Positions 8,216-20,367 are shown, numbered from the stretch's first letter. The stretch is 49,907 nucleotides of DNA from an uncultured bacterium (GCA_963766885.1 CAVYBO010000002.1:241141-291047); one strand, 5' to 3'. Translations and numbers: made by a program. The notes: generated by a model from the sequence alone, not told the origin.

Positions 8216-8695
8216 TTATTTCCGATTTTTTAAAATATTATCAACCATTTCAATTTCATGCCAGATACCATCAATCATTTTGTAATTCTTTGCTTCCTTC
8301 AGAGTCACCCAAGCTGTTTCAACTGATTCTTCTGTGTGTACAATTTCGCCTGTGGCAAACGGAGCAAAATAAGTTAATACAATCACAGGAATTCCATCTG
8401 GACGGATAAAAGCAACATCAAGCAAATATTCTGGCTTGCCTATTTCAATTCCAACTTCTTCCCGAACTTCCCTGCGCAAGCCTTCTTCAATTACGTTATA
8501 CCATTGCTTGTGGTTAGGAGTCGTCGGGGGCAAGTGATCGTAATCATCCATACTCAAACCTCCGCCAGGAACATGCCAAAGTCCGGGAAAAACAGGAAGT
8601 TTGTCGCTTCTTTTGGCAAGCAGATATTTTCTTTCAAAATTATAAATAATTACACTTGGAACAACCCTATGAAGTTCTCTTGGAGAAACTGCCAT
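8216..8695 (-). CDS. Nudix hydrolase
   Basis: Nudix box elements GGGL...EEGLRREVREEVGIEI. 159 aa. Confidence 0.8.
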   Translation of the reverse strand: MAVSPRELHRVVPSVIIYNFERKYLLAKRSDKLPVFPGLWHVPGGGLSMDDYDHLPPTTPNHKQWYNVIEEGLRREVREEVGIEIGKPEYLLDVAFIRPDGIPVIVLTYFAPFATGEIVHTEESVETAWVTLKEAKNYKMIDGIWHEIEMVDNILKNRK

Positions 8696-8698
8696 AGT

Positions 8699-9256
8699 TT
8701 AGAATTTAACTTCAACAGGATTTTCGGCTGGACTCCCTTCCGGCAAATCAAATAGATCCATTTTTTTGAAGCCAAAAGAATTAGCAATTAAATTTGCCGG
8801 AAAAGATTCCACAGAAATATTCAAGTCCCGGACATTGGCGTTGTAAAACCTTCGTGCTGATTGGATTTTGTTCTCTGTGTCAGAAAGTTCACTCTGCAAT
8901 TGAAGAAAGTTCTGGTTGGCTTTCAAATCTGGGTAAGCTTCGGCAATTGCAAATACGGACTTTAGCGCTCCAGCAAGATTGTTTTCTGCCGCTGCTTTGT
9001 CTGCCAAACTTCCTGCTCCCATTGCTGCAGAACGCGCAGTTGAAACTTTTTCAAAAGCTGTTGATTCGTGCGCGGCATAGCCTTTGACGGTATTTACAAG
9101 ATTTGGAATCAAGTCGTAGCGTCTTTTGAGCTGTACTTCAATGTCAGCCCAAGCTTCTTTGGCGCGGTTGGTCAAAGTGACAAAATGATTAAAAATTCCG
9201 ACAAGCCAAAGGATAAGAATAACTACAATTACAGCAAGAATAATGATTAGTGTCAT
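8699..9256 (-). CDS. lemA: LemA family protein
   Basis: N-terminal TM helix followed by the typical LemA sequence WADIEVQLKRRYDLIPNLV...ARRFYNANVRDLN. Confidence 0.9.
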   Translation of the reverse strand: MTLIIILAVIVVILILWLVGIFNHFVTLTNRAKEAWADIEVQLKRRYDLIPNLVNTVKGYAAHESTAFEKVSTARSAAMGAGSLADKAAAENNLAGALKSVFAIAEAYPDLKANQNFLQLQSELSDTENKIQSARRFYNANVRDLNISVESFPANLIANSFGFKKMDLFDLPEGSPAENPVEVKF

Positions 9257-9348
9257 ATTTTATTTTGATTAGTTGTTAACACTAATATTATACCATAAAT
9301 TTACAAGAAATGGTGCTTAAATCATCAGCTTTTGAAAAAGCGGAAAAT

Positions 9349-12300
9349 TTAATTCCCTGTAGATGTTGCTGTTGAATCTGAGGAACTGCCGCTTGAAGAA
9401 TTATCAGCTGAAGAATCAGAAGATGATGATCCTGGATTGTCAGATGAAATATTTGCTGAAGCAGTAGTAGAGCTTGATGTATCGGATGATGAAGAAGTGT
9501 CAGTCGATGTAGTAGTTGAAGAGGTTGGGTTATCTCCTGCTGTATCGCTTGTTGATGTTGCGGTAGAAGAAGCGTCTGAATCATTTGAACCAGAACCCGA
9601 TGAAGAGCCTCCTCCTGAATTTGATGAGTTGTTTGACGAGTCGCTTGAATCATCCGCACAATCGCCCGGTTCGGTTTGTTGTACGCCGTTTTTAAAGTAC
9701 ACACAAATTGGCTGGCCAGTTGCCCTGTCATAAATCACAAATCCTGTTTGGTGAACGTCACTCGAATTTTTGATTACTAAATTGCTTACTGTTAGTTTTT
9801 CAATAATAACTTCTGCAAAGTTAACAACATTGTCTACAATTGTTGCCCCAAAACTTTGTAGCGAAGAAATAAGCGAATCACTTGAAGTATCGTCTGTTGA
9901 AGTTGAAACTCCCGCCAGTTGATTGAGTTCAAGCTCTAGGTTGGAAACTGCGGCAGAAGTTGAAGCCTGTTCTTGCGACAGAGCCTGCACTCCGACAAGA
10001 GCGATATTTCCTAATTCAAAATCAGGGATAGTAGTGGTAGAGCCTCCCAAACCTCCAAAGGCGGCGTAAAAGTCTTGGGCAACAGGACCAATGTATGGTA
10101 TCCCCGGAGCAGCTATGTAGTTCCACTCTGTAATAGGCAGATTATTGATTGAGGTAAGGATAGACTGATTATTTATGGATGTGAAATTATCCTTTAGATT
10201 TCTGTCTGAAACAACTCCTTCCACACCCGTAGGGGAAATGCAGGCTCCGTCTGAGAAGTTAACACTTCCGTCTCCATTCACTCTCATGTACGCGGTGCAA
10301 TACCCAACCATCGTTGAACTTGCTGTTGAGTTAGAAAGGCAATCTCCAAAAGCGGAAGCGTAACAAGCCGATGAGGTGTTCTTGTATCCAAAAGCTGAAG
10401 AATATCTTGCGGAAGCGGTGTTGTCCGCACCCACTGCATTTGAGTAGTGGTAGCCCGAAGCGGTGTTACAGAATCCTGCTGCAAGCGTATAAAATCCAGA
10501 AGCAGTATTGCAAAAACCGAATGAGCTTGCTATATATCCAGGATCACTGTTGTGATAACCGACGGCTGTATCGTAATTTCTGCCCTGCGTCATTGTATTG
10601 CAGTTTCCTATGAGAGTTGCCATGTATCCTGATACGGTATTGGAGTTTCCTATCGCTATCGCATCTCCTCCGTAGCAAGCGGTGTTGTTTGACCCGACAG
10701 TGAGATCATTTGCTGCGGTAGAGCAATTGCAAAGGCCGAAAGCAGAGGCGCAATTTGCACTTATAATATTGGAAACACCAAAAGCTGAAGCTTTGGAAAC
10801 TGCACATATGAGATTGTATGCTCCAGAGGCAGTTGAAGCATTGGAACTGGTACACACCACATTTTGGTATCCAAAAGTAAAATCACGAAGTCCCGCCGAT
10901 GTACTCTGGAAGCCAAAGGCAGATGAATAATTTCCGGAAGCAGTGTTATTGTAGCCTAAAGTGCTGGAATCGGTACCGCAAGCTGTGTTATTGATACCAA
11001 AAGCTGATGAATAATTTCCGGAAGCAGTGTTGCCTTGTCCAATATTTATTCCACCGCTTGAATTGCATGCAAAAATATTCCCGCAGACAGAGAGGGCTTG
11101 GGACGGGTTGTCGGTGCCGATGCCGACCTTGCCGTCTCCTCGAATAAGCATCAAGTCAGTCTGGCTTCCGGGAGTTCCGGCGGAAAAAATATCTCCGTGA
11201 GCAGTGTCGGCTGTGTCTACGTTATATCTGATGTATCCCTTTGTTGATCCAACGCTGTCAAAACCTATTTTATAAGAAGTATTGCCGGAATAGAATGAGA
11301 CTCCGGGAGAAGTGGAGCTGAAAGTTCCGGAAGTGCCTACATTGATAAATCGGGTTGGGCTAAAATCTCCGGATGTATTGAATGTTCCGAGTATAGATCC
11401 ACCGCCCTCGTCCGCATTATTAATGATTCGGAGCAATCCGCTGCAGGCGTCTATGCCAAAATTCTGATTATTGCCGTATGCAAACTTCATGTGCGGAGAA
11501 TTTACGGTGCCGTTGTCAAATAAAATACTTCCCTTGCCCGAAGCGGCAGTAGTGTATGTCCAGCCTCCGCCTCCGACTATTATCTGACCATTGCCTTTGG
11601 AATTTATCGGCAAGTCGGCATTGGCTGTGGAAGCCAAGGTGCAAATTCCTTGCGTACCTATATTGCCATAGACATCTAAAGGATCAATAGGTGTGGTGGT
11701 TCCAATTCCCAATCTGTTATGCGCATTGTCCCAAAAAAGTTGAGAATTGTTTTGTGAAAGCAATCCGGAAGCGCCAGCAAATGGAATCGAGCCTTGTGTC
11801 AAAAATGAAAATGTTGGAGCGTTTGTGACCGTAAGATTTCCCAATGTTCCTAATGAGGTTAATGATGAAGAAAGGATATTTGATGCAAGGGTTGTGCCGG
11901 TGAGAGTTCCTGCTGGAGCCACTACTGCAGATGTTCCTGCAGCTGTGATTAGACCTTTGCCGTTTACAGTGAAAGTCGGTATAGTTGTCGATGAACCAAA
12001 GCTTCCTGTGTTTGAGTTGACGGTTGCAAGAGTTGTTCCGATTGATGTTGTTCCACTTCCTGAAATATCTCCTGAAAGAGTAATGTTTTGGTTGTCTGTG
12101 AGATAGGTGTTGCTGTCCACACTGCCGTCTGCTTTGAGAAATTGGGAAGATGTGCCGCCTGATGTGGTAAAGGAGTTTGCTATCAAATTTCCACTCGCGT
12201 CTATTGTTGCGTTTCCGTTTGCAAATGAAGCAGAGCCATCGTTATTTATCCACGCTTCACTTCCGTTAGTATTTCCCAGAGTGATGCTTCCATTTTTAAA

Positions 12301-14022
12301 AGAGCCTGAACCCACTGATTGAATAGTGGAATAGCCGTCCCAAGCCTGCCTGGGATTAGGTACCGTCAAACCATCATCGGCTAAAAATATTGTTGGGGTC
12401 AGCACGCCCATTGGAATAATGCTGACTCCCGGCTGATGTGTAATGATTGTCGGATAACAAGTTCCTATGTATCCGGCAGTAACAAATTGAAAACCATTGC
12501 TGCCGTCTGCCGCTTCAAAAGAAGCTAGCGCCTGATTGCTTGGACCTCCCGAGCCAGTAACAACCAGACCATTCGGGTCTGCTCCCACACCGCCCGGAGG
12601 AGTTAATCCTAAAGTGGTTTGACCCGCAAAAGCGGCATTTCCACAGGCATCTATTGTTGCATTTCCGTTTGCAAATGAAGCCGAGCCATCTGCATTTATG
12701 TACGCATTATTGAGATCAAGAAGATGTGTTGGATTTGTGGTTCCGATACCCACATTTCCAGTTGTATTGTTGTAAATATCATTGCCTGACTGTGTCCATG
12801 GAGAGTTCAGAGTATTTCCGCACCAGCTCAATCCTGTACCTGCAGTAATTTGCGTTGAAGGATTTTCATAAAAGTTTTCCCAGTTTGTCGTTGAGGCCGT
12901 CAGCGGAATATTGTATCCAGCTGCAGTTGAAAAAATTCCCGTGGTGTTATCGTAAGCAATCGGACCGGAAGTAGAAAATACCCCTCTTGTTGTAGATGTG
13001 GAGAAAGCTGCAGCTGCAAGACCAGTAAGATGAGATGCGTCTCCATAAAAAGCAGGGGCGCAGATATTTCCAGCAAAAGTAGAAGTACCTGTGCCAGAAG
13101 CGGTGATATCTCCAGAAAAATCTCCGTTTTGGAGAGTGGAAATATCATTTGAGTTTTGTGTAATTGAATCAGTAACTCCTGAAATGTTAGGTCCTGCTCC
13201 TCCGCCTCCTCCAAAAACATTTGTGTAGTTATTAACTACGGGCTGTATGCTTGCAATTTGATTTTTAAGAGAATTATATAGAGCAAGCAGGGTTTGATAG
13301 CCTGAATGGTTTGACGATGAAGAATTTGGTTGTGTTTGTTGGACAGAAACATTTGATACAGCTGTTTCAAGCTGGCTCTGCGATTCAGATTGCGGGGAAT
13401 TATTATTGGTTGGATTTCTGCGAGTAACAACTGGAGCAGCAGTTTCTGGAATATTTGGAGCATAAAAAACATTGTAGATTGCATTTGTCAGCGGATCTGT
13501 TATCGGTTTAAGAGCACTGTTGAACGCATCGCCAACATTTGCAGTAGACGGCACTGATGAAATTACGCTCGGTGTTTGATCAATTATTTGATTTCCAGTA
13601 TTTTTATAAACTTTTGCTGTTCTGCCAACTTCATTTATCACACCATTACCTAAATTTGAATACATCCCAACCGCCTGTGAAAGAAGAGGCTTATAAAACG
13701 AAGCAATGCCTGATACCAAGCCAGAGTTGGAAGTTGTATTGATATCCTGAGCGTAAGCTCTGTCAGAGAAGGTTAGAAGACCTATCAATTGTCCAGTGGT
13801 TAGAGGAGATTCTTTGCTGGTTGGAGTTAGAGAGTTTTTGTCTCCTTCTTTGGCAGGAACTAGTGGGAAATCTGTCAGTAATGCTATGTTTTGGTCCTTT
13901 CTTTCAAACAAATAGTAGAGATATTCCTTGGAGAGTGGGATAGCTACACCTTTGATGACAAGAGAGATGATTATTGCACCAAAAGAGAGCTTCAGAATCT
14001 TAGATTTAAGGATTTTGATCAT
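9349..14022 (-). CDS. Giant N-terminally anchored surface protein: adhesin-like repeats, S74-type intramolecular chaperone domain and Ser/Thr-rich tail
   Basis: ORF 9349..14031, with the first ATG at 14022. TM helix FGAIIISLVIKGVAI. YadA-head-like repeats NTASGNYSSAFG. The motif VSDRNLKDNF...IGPVAQDFYAAF is typical of tail-fibre/endosialidase chaperone (peptidase S74) domains. The last ~100 aa are almost pure S/T/D/N. Confidence 0.8.
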   Translation of the reverse strand: MIKILKSKILKLSFGAIIISLVIKGVAIPLSKEYLYYLFERKDQNIALLTDFPLVPAKEGDKNSLTPTSKESPLTTGQLIGLLTFSDRAYAQDINTTSNSGLVSGIASFYKPLLSQAVGMYSNLGNGVINEVGRTAKVYKNTGNQIIDQTPSVISSVPSTANVGDAFNSALKPITDPLTNAIYNVFYAPNIPETAAPVVTRRNPTNNNSPQSESQSQLETAVSNVSVQQTQPNSSSSNHSGYQTLLALYNSLKNQIASIQPVVNNYTNVFGGGGGAGPNISGVTDSITQNSNDISTLQNGDFSGDITASGTGTSTFAGNICAPAFYGDASHLTGLAAAAFSTSTTRGVFSTSGPIAYDNTTGIFSTAAGYNIPLTASTTNWENFYENPSTQITAGTGLSWCGNTLNSPWTQSGNDIYNNTTGNVGIGTTNPTHLLDLNNAYINADGSASFANGNATIDACGNAAFAGQTTLGLTPPGGVGADPNGLVVTGSGGPSNQALASFEAADGSNGFQFVTAGYIGTCYPTIITHQPGVSIIPMGVLTPTIFLADDGLTVPNPRQAWDGYSTIQSVGSGSFKNGSITLGNTNGSEAWINNDGSASFANGNATIDASGNLIANSFTTSGGTSSQFLKADGSVDSNTYLTDNQNITLSGDISGSGTTSIGTTLATVNSNTGSFGSSTTIPTFTVNGKGLITAAGTSAVVAPAGTLTGTTLASNILSSSLTSLGTLGNLTVTNAPTFSFLTQGSIPFAGASGLLSQNNSQLFWDNAHNRLGIGTTTPIDPLDVYGNIGTQGICTLASTANADLPINSKGNGQIIVGGGGWTYTTAASGKGSILFDNGTVNSPHMKFAYGNNQNFGIDACSGLLRIINNADEGGGSILGTFNTSGDFSPTRFINVGTSGTFSSTSPGVSFYSGNTSYKIGFDSVGSTKGYIRYNVDTADTAHGDIFSAGTPGSQTDLMLIRGDGKVGIGTDNPSQALSVCGNIFACNSSGGINIGQGNTASGNYSSAFGINNTACGTDSSTLGYNNTASGNYSSAFGFQSTSAGLRDFTFGYQNVVCTSSNASTASGAYNLICAVSKASAFGVSNIISANCASAFGLCNCSTAANDLTVGSNNTACYGGDAIAIGNSNTVSGYMATLIGNCNTMTQGRNYDTAVGYHNSDPGYIASSFGFCNTASGFYTLAAGFCNTASGYHYSNAVGADNTASARYSSAFGYKNTSSACYASAFGDCLSNSTASSTMVGYCTAYMRVNGDGSVNFSDGACISPTGVEGVVSDRNLKDNFTSINNQSILTSINNLPITEWNYIAAPGIPYIGPVAQDFYAAFGGLGGSTTTIPDFELGNIALVGVQALSQEQASTSAAVSNLELELNQLAGVSTSTDDTSSDSLISSLQSFGATIVDNVVNFAEVIIEKLTVSNLVIKNSSDVHQTGFVIYDRATGQPICVYFKNGVQQTEPGDCADDSSDSSNNSSNSGGGSSSGSGSNDSDASSTATSTSDTAGDNPTSSTTTSTDTSSSSDTSSSTTASANISSDNPGSSSSDSSADNSSSGSSSDSTATSTGN
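10922..11031 (-). repeat. In-frame tandem-type repeat inside the giant surface gene
   Basis: Perfect 26-nt copy gatgaataatttccggaagcagtgtt at 10922-10947 and 11006-11031, offset 84 nt (28 codons), encoding NTASGNYSS units. A second ~41-nt repeat with 2 mismatches lies at about 12200-12240 and 12650-12690 (DGSASFANGNATIDA). Confidence 0.85.
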
Positions 14023-14028
14023 AATATA

Positions 14029-14052
14029 CAAAGGAATTATAGCATTCCTTTG
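14029..14052 (-). terminator. Hairpin downstream of groEL (possible terminator or attenuator before the giant gene)
   Basis: 9-bp stem caaaggaat/attcctttg with a 6-nt loop. Followed on the minus strand by U/A-rich sequence and then the ATG at 14022. Confidence 0.4.
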
Positions 14053-14093
14053 GGGTGTTTAAGAGGAAAATCTGTGGATAAACTTTTTGAACT

Positions 14094-16093
<2,000 letters not shown>

Positions 16094-16125
16094 AACTTAA
16101 TTCTAATAAATAATTGCGTCTGTGC

Positions 16126-16155
16126 ATTATAAGTAAAGACTGGGCTTGATTTCAA
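16126..16155 (-). promoter_or_regulatory. Sigma70-like promoter of groES-groEL
   Basis: Minus strand reads TTGAAA (16155-16150), 18-nt spacer, TATAAT (16131-16126). About 30 nt upstream of the groES start. Confidence 0.5.
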
Positions 16156-16252
16156 GTATAGGCCTGTGCTATGCTAACGAAGTCATTATTCTCCTTGATT
16201 GCCACTTTTAAGAGTAGCGCAATTAGCGAGGAGCTTAAACCCAAATAAAAAT

Positions 16253-16477
16253 ATGCAAAATTTAATTCCTTATGTTCAGATTGTATTATCAATAATACTA
16301 ATTACTCTGATCCTTCTTCAAAACAGCGACGCCAGCGCTGGGGGAGCTTTTGGCCAGTCTGACAACTGGAACGCAGGATTCCACACCAGAAGAGGAAGCG
16401 AGAAAACAATTTTTATCGCAACAATTGTCATTGCTGTAATTTTTGTAATCCTAGCCATAATGGCGCTTGTTCAATAA
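16253..16477 (+). CDS. secG: Preprotein translocase subunit SecG
   Basis: 74 aa from the ATG at 16253: MQNLIPYVQIVLSIILITLILLQNSDASAGGAFG, plus a second TM helix. Typical SecG architecture. Confidence 0.7.
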   Translation: MQNLIPYVQIVLSIILITLILLQNSDASAGGAFGQSDNWNAGFHTRRGSEKTIFIATIVIAVIFVILAIMALVQ

Positions 16478-16517
16478 TCAATTGAGCTAAATTAAAAATA
16501 AATCCTAACTAGAAAAA

Positions 16518-18257
16518 TTGAAAGAAAATATTGTCCGTTTTTTTATAAAATCGGCTGACAAAATACATTCAGCCTTCAAAAAAATGGGTCTTTTTGAAAA
16601 GACTGTCTTTGTGTTTTTGTCTGCGATCTGCATCATTGCGCTTGGCTTGGTTATGCAAAAAATAAGCGACAAGTTTTCTGTGAATGTTCCGGCAAATGGC
16701 GGCACGCTAGTAGAAGGAATCGTCGGCTATCCAAGATATATCAATCCGACTCTTTATGTAACTGACGCTGGGAAAGATTTGACCGGCTTGATTTACTCAG
16801 GACTCCTTAAGGCTAATCCCGGCGGCACATTATCTGGAGACTTGGCCAAAAGCTGGTACGTATCACCTGACGGCTTAACCTATACAGTGTACATAAAGGA
16901 TAATGCGTATTTTCAAGACGGTACCCCTGTCACCGCAAGTGATATTGAATTTACAATTGAAAAAATTTTGGATCCAGAACTAAAAAGCCCTGAGGAAGCA
17001 AACTGGGTAGGAGTTTCTGTAAAGCTTGTAAACAGCAAGGAAGTTCAATTTGTCCTTAAAAAACCATATACGCCTTTTATTCAAAACCTCACTATTGGCA
17101 TTCTTCCAATGCATATATGGAAAGATGTTGATTCCGAAGCCTTTCCATTCAGTAAATATAATTTCCAGCCGATTGGTTCTGGACCATACGAAATAAAGGA
17201 TATAAAGACCGATTCAAACGGTCTCCCGGTTTATTACAGGCTTGTGCCTTTTGATAAATACGTTTCAAGAAAACCCCTTATCTCAAATATTTATATAAAG
17301 TTTTATGATAATGAAACAGATTTGATCAAAGCATATCAAAATGGCGATATTACAAGCGCAGCGTCAATTAGCCCTGATGACGCAAAAATACTTTCTCAAA
17401 ACAACGCCAGAATCTTAACAACTCCCCTTCCCAGAGTTTTTGCTCTGTTTTTCAATCAAAACCAAAATGCTGTTTTGGCTGACAAAACCGTAAGACAGGC
17501 TCTTAACACTGCTATAGACAAGGAAGAAATTATTAAGGATGTTTTAAACGGCTATGGGGCTCCGATTGACGGCCCGCTTCCTTTCTTTGCGCCGAATGGA
17601 GAGCCTGATATAAGCGGAAAAGAAACTCCAGAGCAAGATATCAATGAAGCAAAAGCAATGCTTGAAAAAGAGGGTTGGATACTTGATTCAAACGGAGTTT
17701 ATGAATTAAAAAATAAAAAAACAACCACCCCCCTATCATTTACCATAACAACGTCAGATGTGCCGGAACTTCAGGAAGTGGCAACCAAACTTCAAGAAAC
17801 TTGGCAAAAAATGGGGGCAAAAGTTGATGTGCAAATTTATAAGCAATCAGACCTCGAAGAAAATGTCATTGCGCCAAGAAAATACGATGCGCTGCTTTTT
17901 GGAGAAGCAGTAGACCGCGGAGAAGATCTTTACGCTTTTTGGGATTCTTCCGAAAGAAACTACCCCGGCCTTAATGTTGCAATGTATGCAAATTCAGACG
18001 TGGATAAGCTTTTAGAGGAAGCCTTAACCGCACCGAAAGCAAACCAGGAGTCGCTTTATCAAGAAATTGATAGTGAAATTGAAGCTGACGTTCCAGCTGT
18101 GTTTATTTACTCGCCTGATTTTATTTACGTAGTGCCCCAAAATCTTCAGGGCATCGATCTTCAAGGTATAGCAGAACCGTCTGAGAGATTTCTTTCGATC
18201 GACAGTTGGTATCTTGAAACCGACAAAATCTGGAAAATATTTGCAAGCAAAAAATAA
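16518..18257 (+). CDS. ABC-transporter substrate-binding protein, family 5 (peptide/nickel type); orphan, with no permease nearby
   Basis: N-terminal anchor helix. Size and sequence pattern typical of SBP_bac_5 (e.g. YTVYIKDNAYFQDGTPVTASDIEFT). Confidence 0.8.
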   Translation: MKENIVRFFIKSADKIHSAFKKMGLFEKTVFVFLSAICIIALGLVMQKISDKFSVNVPANGGTLVEGIVGYPRYINPTLYVTDAGKDLTGLIYSGLLKANPGGTLSGDLAKSWYVSPDGLTYTVYIKDNAYFQDGTPVTASDIEFTIEKILDPELKSPEEANWVGVSVKLVNSKEVQFVLKKPYTPFIQNLTIGILPMHIWKDVDSEAFPFSKYNFQPIGSGPYEIKDIKTDSNGLPVYYRLVPFDKYVSRKPLISNIYIKFYDNETDLIKAYQNGDITSAASISPDDAKILSQNNARILTTPLPRVFALFFNQNQNAVLADKTVRQALNTAIDKEEIIKDVLNGYGAPIDGPLPFFAPNGEPDISGKETPEQDINEAKAMLEKEGWILDSNGVYELKNKKTTTPLSFTITTSDVPELQEVATKLQETWQKMGAKVDVQIYKQSDLEENVIAPRKYDALLFGEAVDRGEDLYAFWDSSERNYPGLNVAMYANSDVDKLLEEALTAPKANQESLYQEIDSEIEADVPAVFIYSPDFIYVVPQNLQGIDLQGIAEPSERFLSIDSWYLETDKIWKIFASKK

Positions 18258-18287
18258 TATATTATTAAAATTAAAAACTAATTAACA

Positions 18288-20297
18288 ATGGACAGAGACA
18301 AGAAAAAAAGAATACTCGGAACAAGAGTAATCCGAAAAGAGACAAGCGGTCAGGAAAATTTTCCTGCAAATAGCGGGCAAAATAATGACGGCCAAAAGAA
18401 GCAGAGATCGGCTCCGTTTTCTGCTGAATTTATACAACAGTCAACAAATAGAGAAAAGTCAAAGTCGATTAACAAACCGATACAAACACCTGAAAAGCAT
18501 TCCCCAATTATTCATGCAGTAAAAACAGCCAAAGAAAATCACTACAATCATAATCAGGGTGGCCATCATCAAAGAAATTCTGAAGAAAGAAAAGATCCGC
18601 ACCACAAACCCATTCCTCCCGCTGGAGAAAATATAAGAATTATTCCTTTGGGCGGAGTTGAAGAAGTTGGCCGAAATATGACAGCTATTGAGTACAAAGA
18701 CGACATCATCGTCATTGACGCCGGGCTTGCTTTTGCAGACGAAGACACTCCGGGAATTGACTACATTCTTCCAAACACCAAATATCTTGAGGAGAGAAAA
18801 GATAAAATACGCGCACTTATTGTAACTCACGGACATCTTGACCATATAGGAGGTATTCCTTACATCATGGGACGAATCGGCAATCCTCCGCTTTATACCA
18901 GAAACCTGACCGCTCTTATGATCAAAAAACGCCAGAGCGAATTCCCAACTAACCCAGAAATAAATTTCAAAATTATAGAAAAAGATGAAGAACTCACAAT
19001 TGGCAACCTGAAAGTTAAATTCTTTAGCGTCACCCACTCAATTCCTGACACAGCGGGAATCTGCATTCGAACTCCTTGGGGAAATATAATTACTCCTGGC
19101 GACTTCAAACTTGCACACGAAAATGAAATTCCAGAAGAGGATGAAGAAAAAACTTACACCGAGCTTTCTAAAGAAAAAACAATGCTTCTGATTTTGGAAT
19201 CTACCAACATTGAAAATCCTGGATTTTCAACTCCGGAAAAATACGTTCACCGCGACTTGGCAGATATTGTCAAAAATACAAAAGGCAGATTAATCATCGC
19301 CATGTTTTCCTCCCACATTTCAAGAATCGTCAAAGTTATTGAAGCAGTGGAACAGGCCAATAAAAAAATAGTCATCGAGGGCCGCAGTATGAAAAACAAT
19401 ATCGAAATATGCAAAGAAGCTGGAATATATGCTCCCAAAAAAGATACGATTATTCCCGCTTCTGAAATTCACAATTATCCTCCTGACAGAATAGTAATAC
19501 TTGCTACTGGCGGACAAGGAGAAGAATTTTCAGCTCTTTCCAGAATGACAGCCAAGAATTACAAAAATGTTCAATTAACCAAAAACGACACCGTTGTGCT
19601 TTCAGCTTCAATTATCCCAGGCAACGAAAAAGCTGTCCAAAAACTGAAAGACAATATTTCCCGCCACGGCATCAAAATCCTCCATTACAGAACTTCCGAA
19701 GTTTTTCTTCACTCAACAGGCCACGGCAACCGCGGAGAAATTGAATGGCTTCACAAGAAACTGAAGCCGAAATTCTTCATTCCAATCCACGGCAATCATT
19801 ATATGCTCCGCCTTCACGAAGAACTTGCCAGATCTTTGGGGATGCCCGAAGAAAACATAGCTGTGCCAGACAACGGTAGCATTATAGAAATTGAAAATGG
19901 TGAAAAGCTTGTTGTTCGAAAAGAAAAAGCTCCGTCGGGACCAGTAATGGTGGATGGATTTGCAATTGGCGATACTCAAGAAGTTGTCTTACGCGACCGC
20001 CAACTTCTTTCGGAAGACGGAATGTTTGTGATTATTGCAAGCGTCAATTCTCAAACTGGAAAACTGAAAAAATCTCCGGATATAATTTCCAGAGGATTTG
20101 TGTATCTACGAGAAAACCAGGAACTCCTGCGTCAAGCGCGCCACATCATCAAAAAAACCATTGAGGACAACACTGCCGGAATGCATCCTATCAACTTTGA
20201 TTTCATCAAAGACGTCTTAACTGACAACGTCAGCCGATTTCTATTCCAAAAAACCAACAAGCGCCCGATCGTCATTCCTGTGATTTTAGGAGTGTAA
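18288..20297 (+). CDS. rnj: Ribonuclease J with a ~110-aa low-complexity N-terminal extension
   Basis: Metallo-beta-lactamase/beta-CASP core IRIIPLGGVEEVGRNMT and THGHLDHIGG. The first ~110 aa are rich in K/Q/H/N. Confidence 0.9.
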   Translation: MDRDKKKRILGTRVIRKETSGQENFPANSGQNNDGQKKQRSAPFSAEFIQQSTNREKSKSINKPIQTPEKHSPIIHAVKTAKENHYNHNQGGHHQRNSEERKDPHHKPIPPAGENIRIIPLGGVEEVGRNMTAIEYKDDIIVIDAGLAFADEDTPGIDYILPNTKYLEERKDKIRALIVTHGHLDHIGGIPYIMGRIGNPPLYTRNLTALMIKKRQSEFPTNPEINFKIIEKDEELTIGNLKVKFFSVTHSIPDTAGICIRTPWGNIITPGDFKLAHENEIPEEDEEKTYTELSKEKTMLLILESTNIENPGFSTPEKYVHRDLADIVKNTKGRLIIAMFSSHISRIVKVIEAVEQANKKIVIEGRSMKNNIEICKEAGIYAPKKDTIIPASEIHNYPPDRIVILATGGQGEEFSALSRMTAKNYKNVQLTKNDTVVLSASIIPGNEKAVQKLKDNISRHGIKILHYRTSEVFLHSTGHGNRGEIEWLHKKLKPKFFIPIHGNHYMLRLHEELARSLGMPEENIAVPDNGSIIEIENGEKLVVRKEKAPSGPVMVDGFAIGDTQEVVLRDRQLLSEDGMFVIIASVNSQTGKLKKSPDIISRGFVYLRENQELLRQARHIIKKTIEDNTAGMHPINFDFIKDVLTDNVSRFLFQKTNKRPIVIPVILGV

Positions 20298-20323
20298 CCT
20301 TCTCAATCTTAACCAAACAAAAA

Positions 20324-20346
20324 ACACCTCAAACGAGGTGTTTTTT
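20324..20346. terminator. Bidirectional intrinsic terminator between rnj and the convergent gene
   Basis: Stem acacctc/gaggtgt with loop aaac, flanked by an A-run upstream and a T-run downstream. Confidence 0.7.
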
Positions 20347-20367
20347 GTTTAAAAAATTTTATTTATT

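Noticed and set aside
9288-13742. Numerous 60-147-aa ORFs on both strands inside the giant surface-protein gene
   Set aside because: They are alternative-frame or antisense artefacts of a repetitive, compositionally biased 4.7-kb ORF. None has a plausible start context or any motif.
16190-16235. Possible CIRCE (HrcA) operator upstream of groES
   Set aside because: The best candidate (ttgccactt-N9-gcgcaatta) matches only about 10 of 18 consensus positions of TTAGCACTC-N9-GAGTGCTAA. It also lies closer to secG than to the groES promoter.
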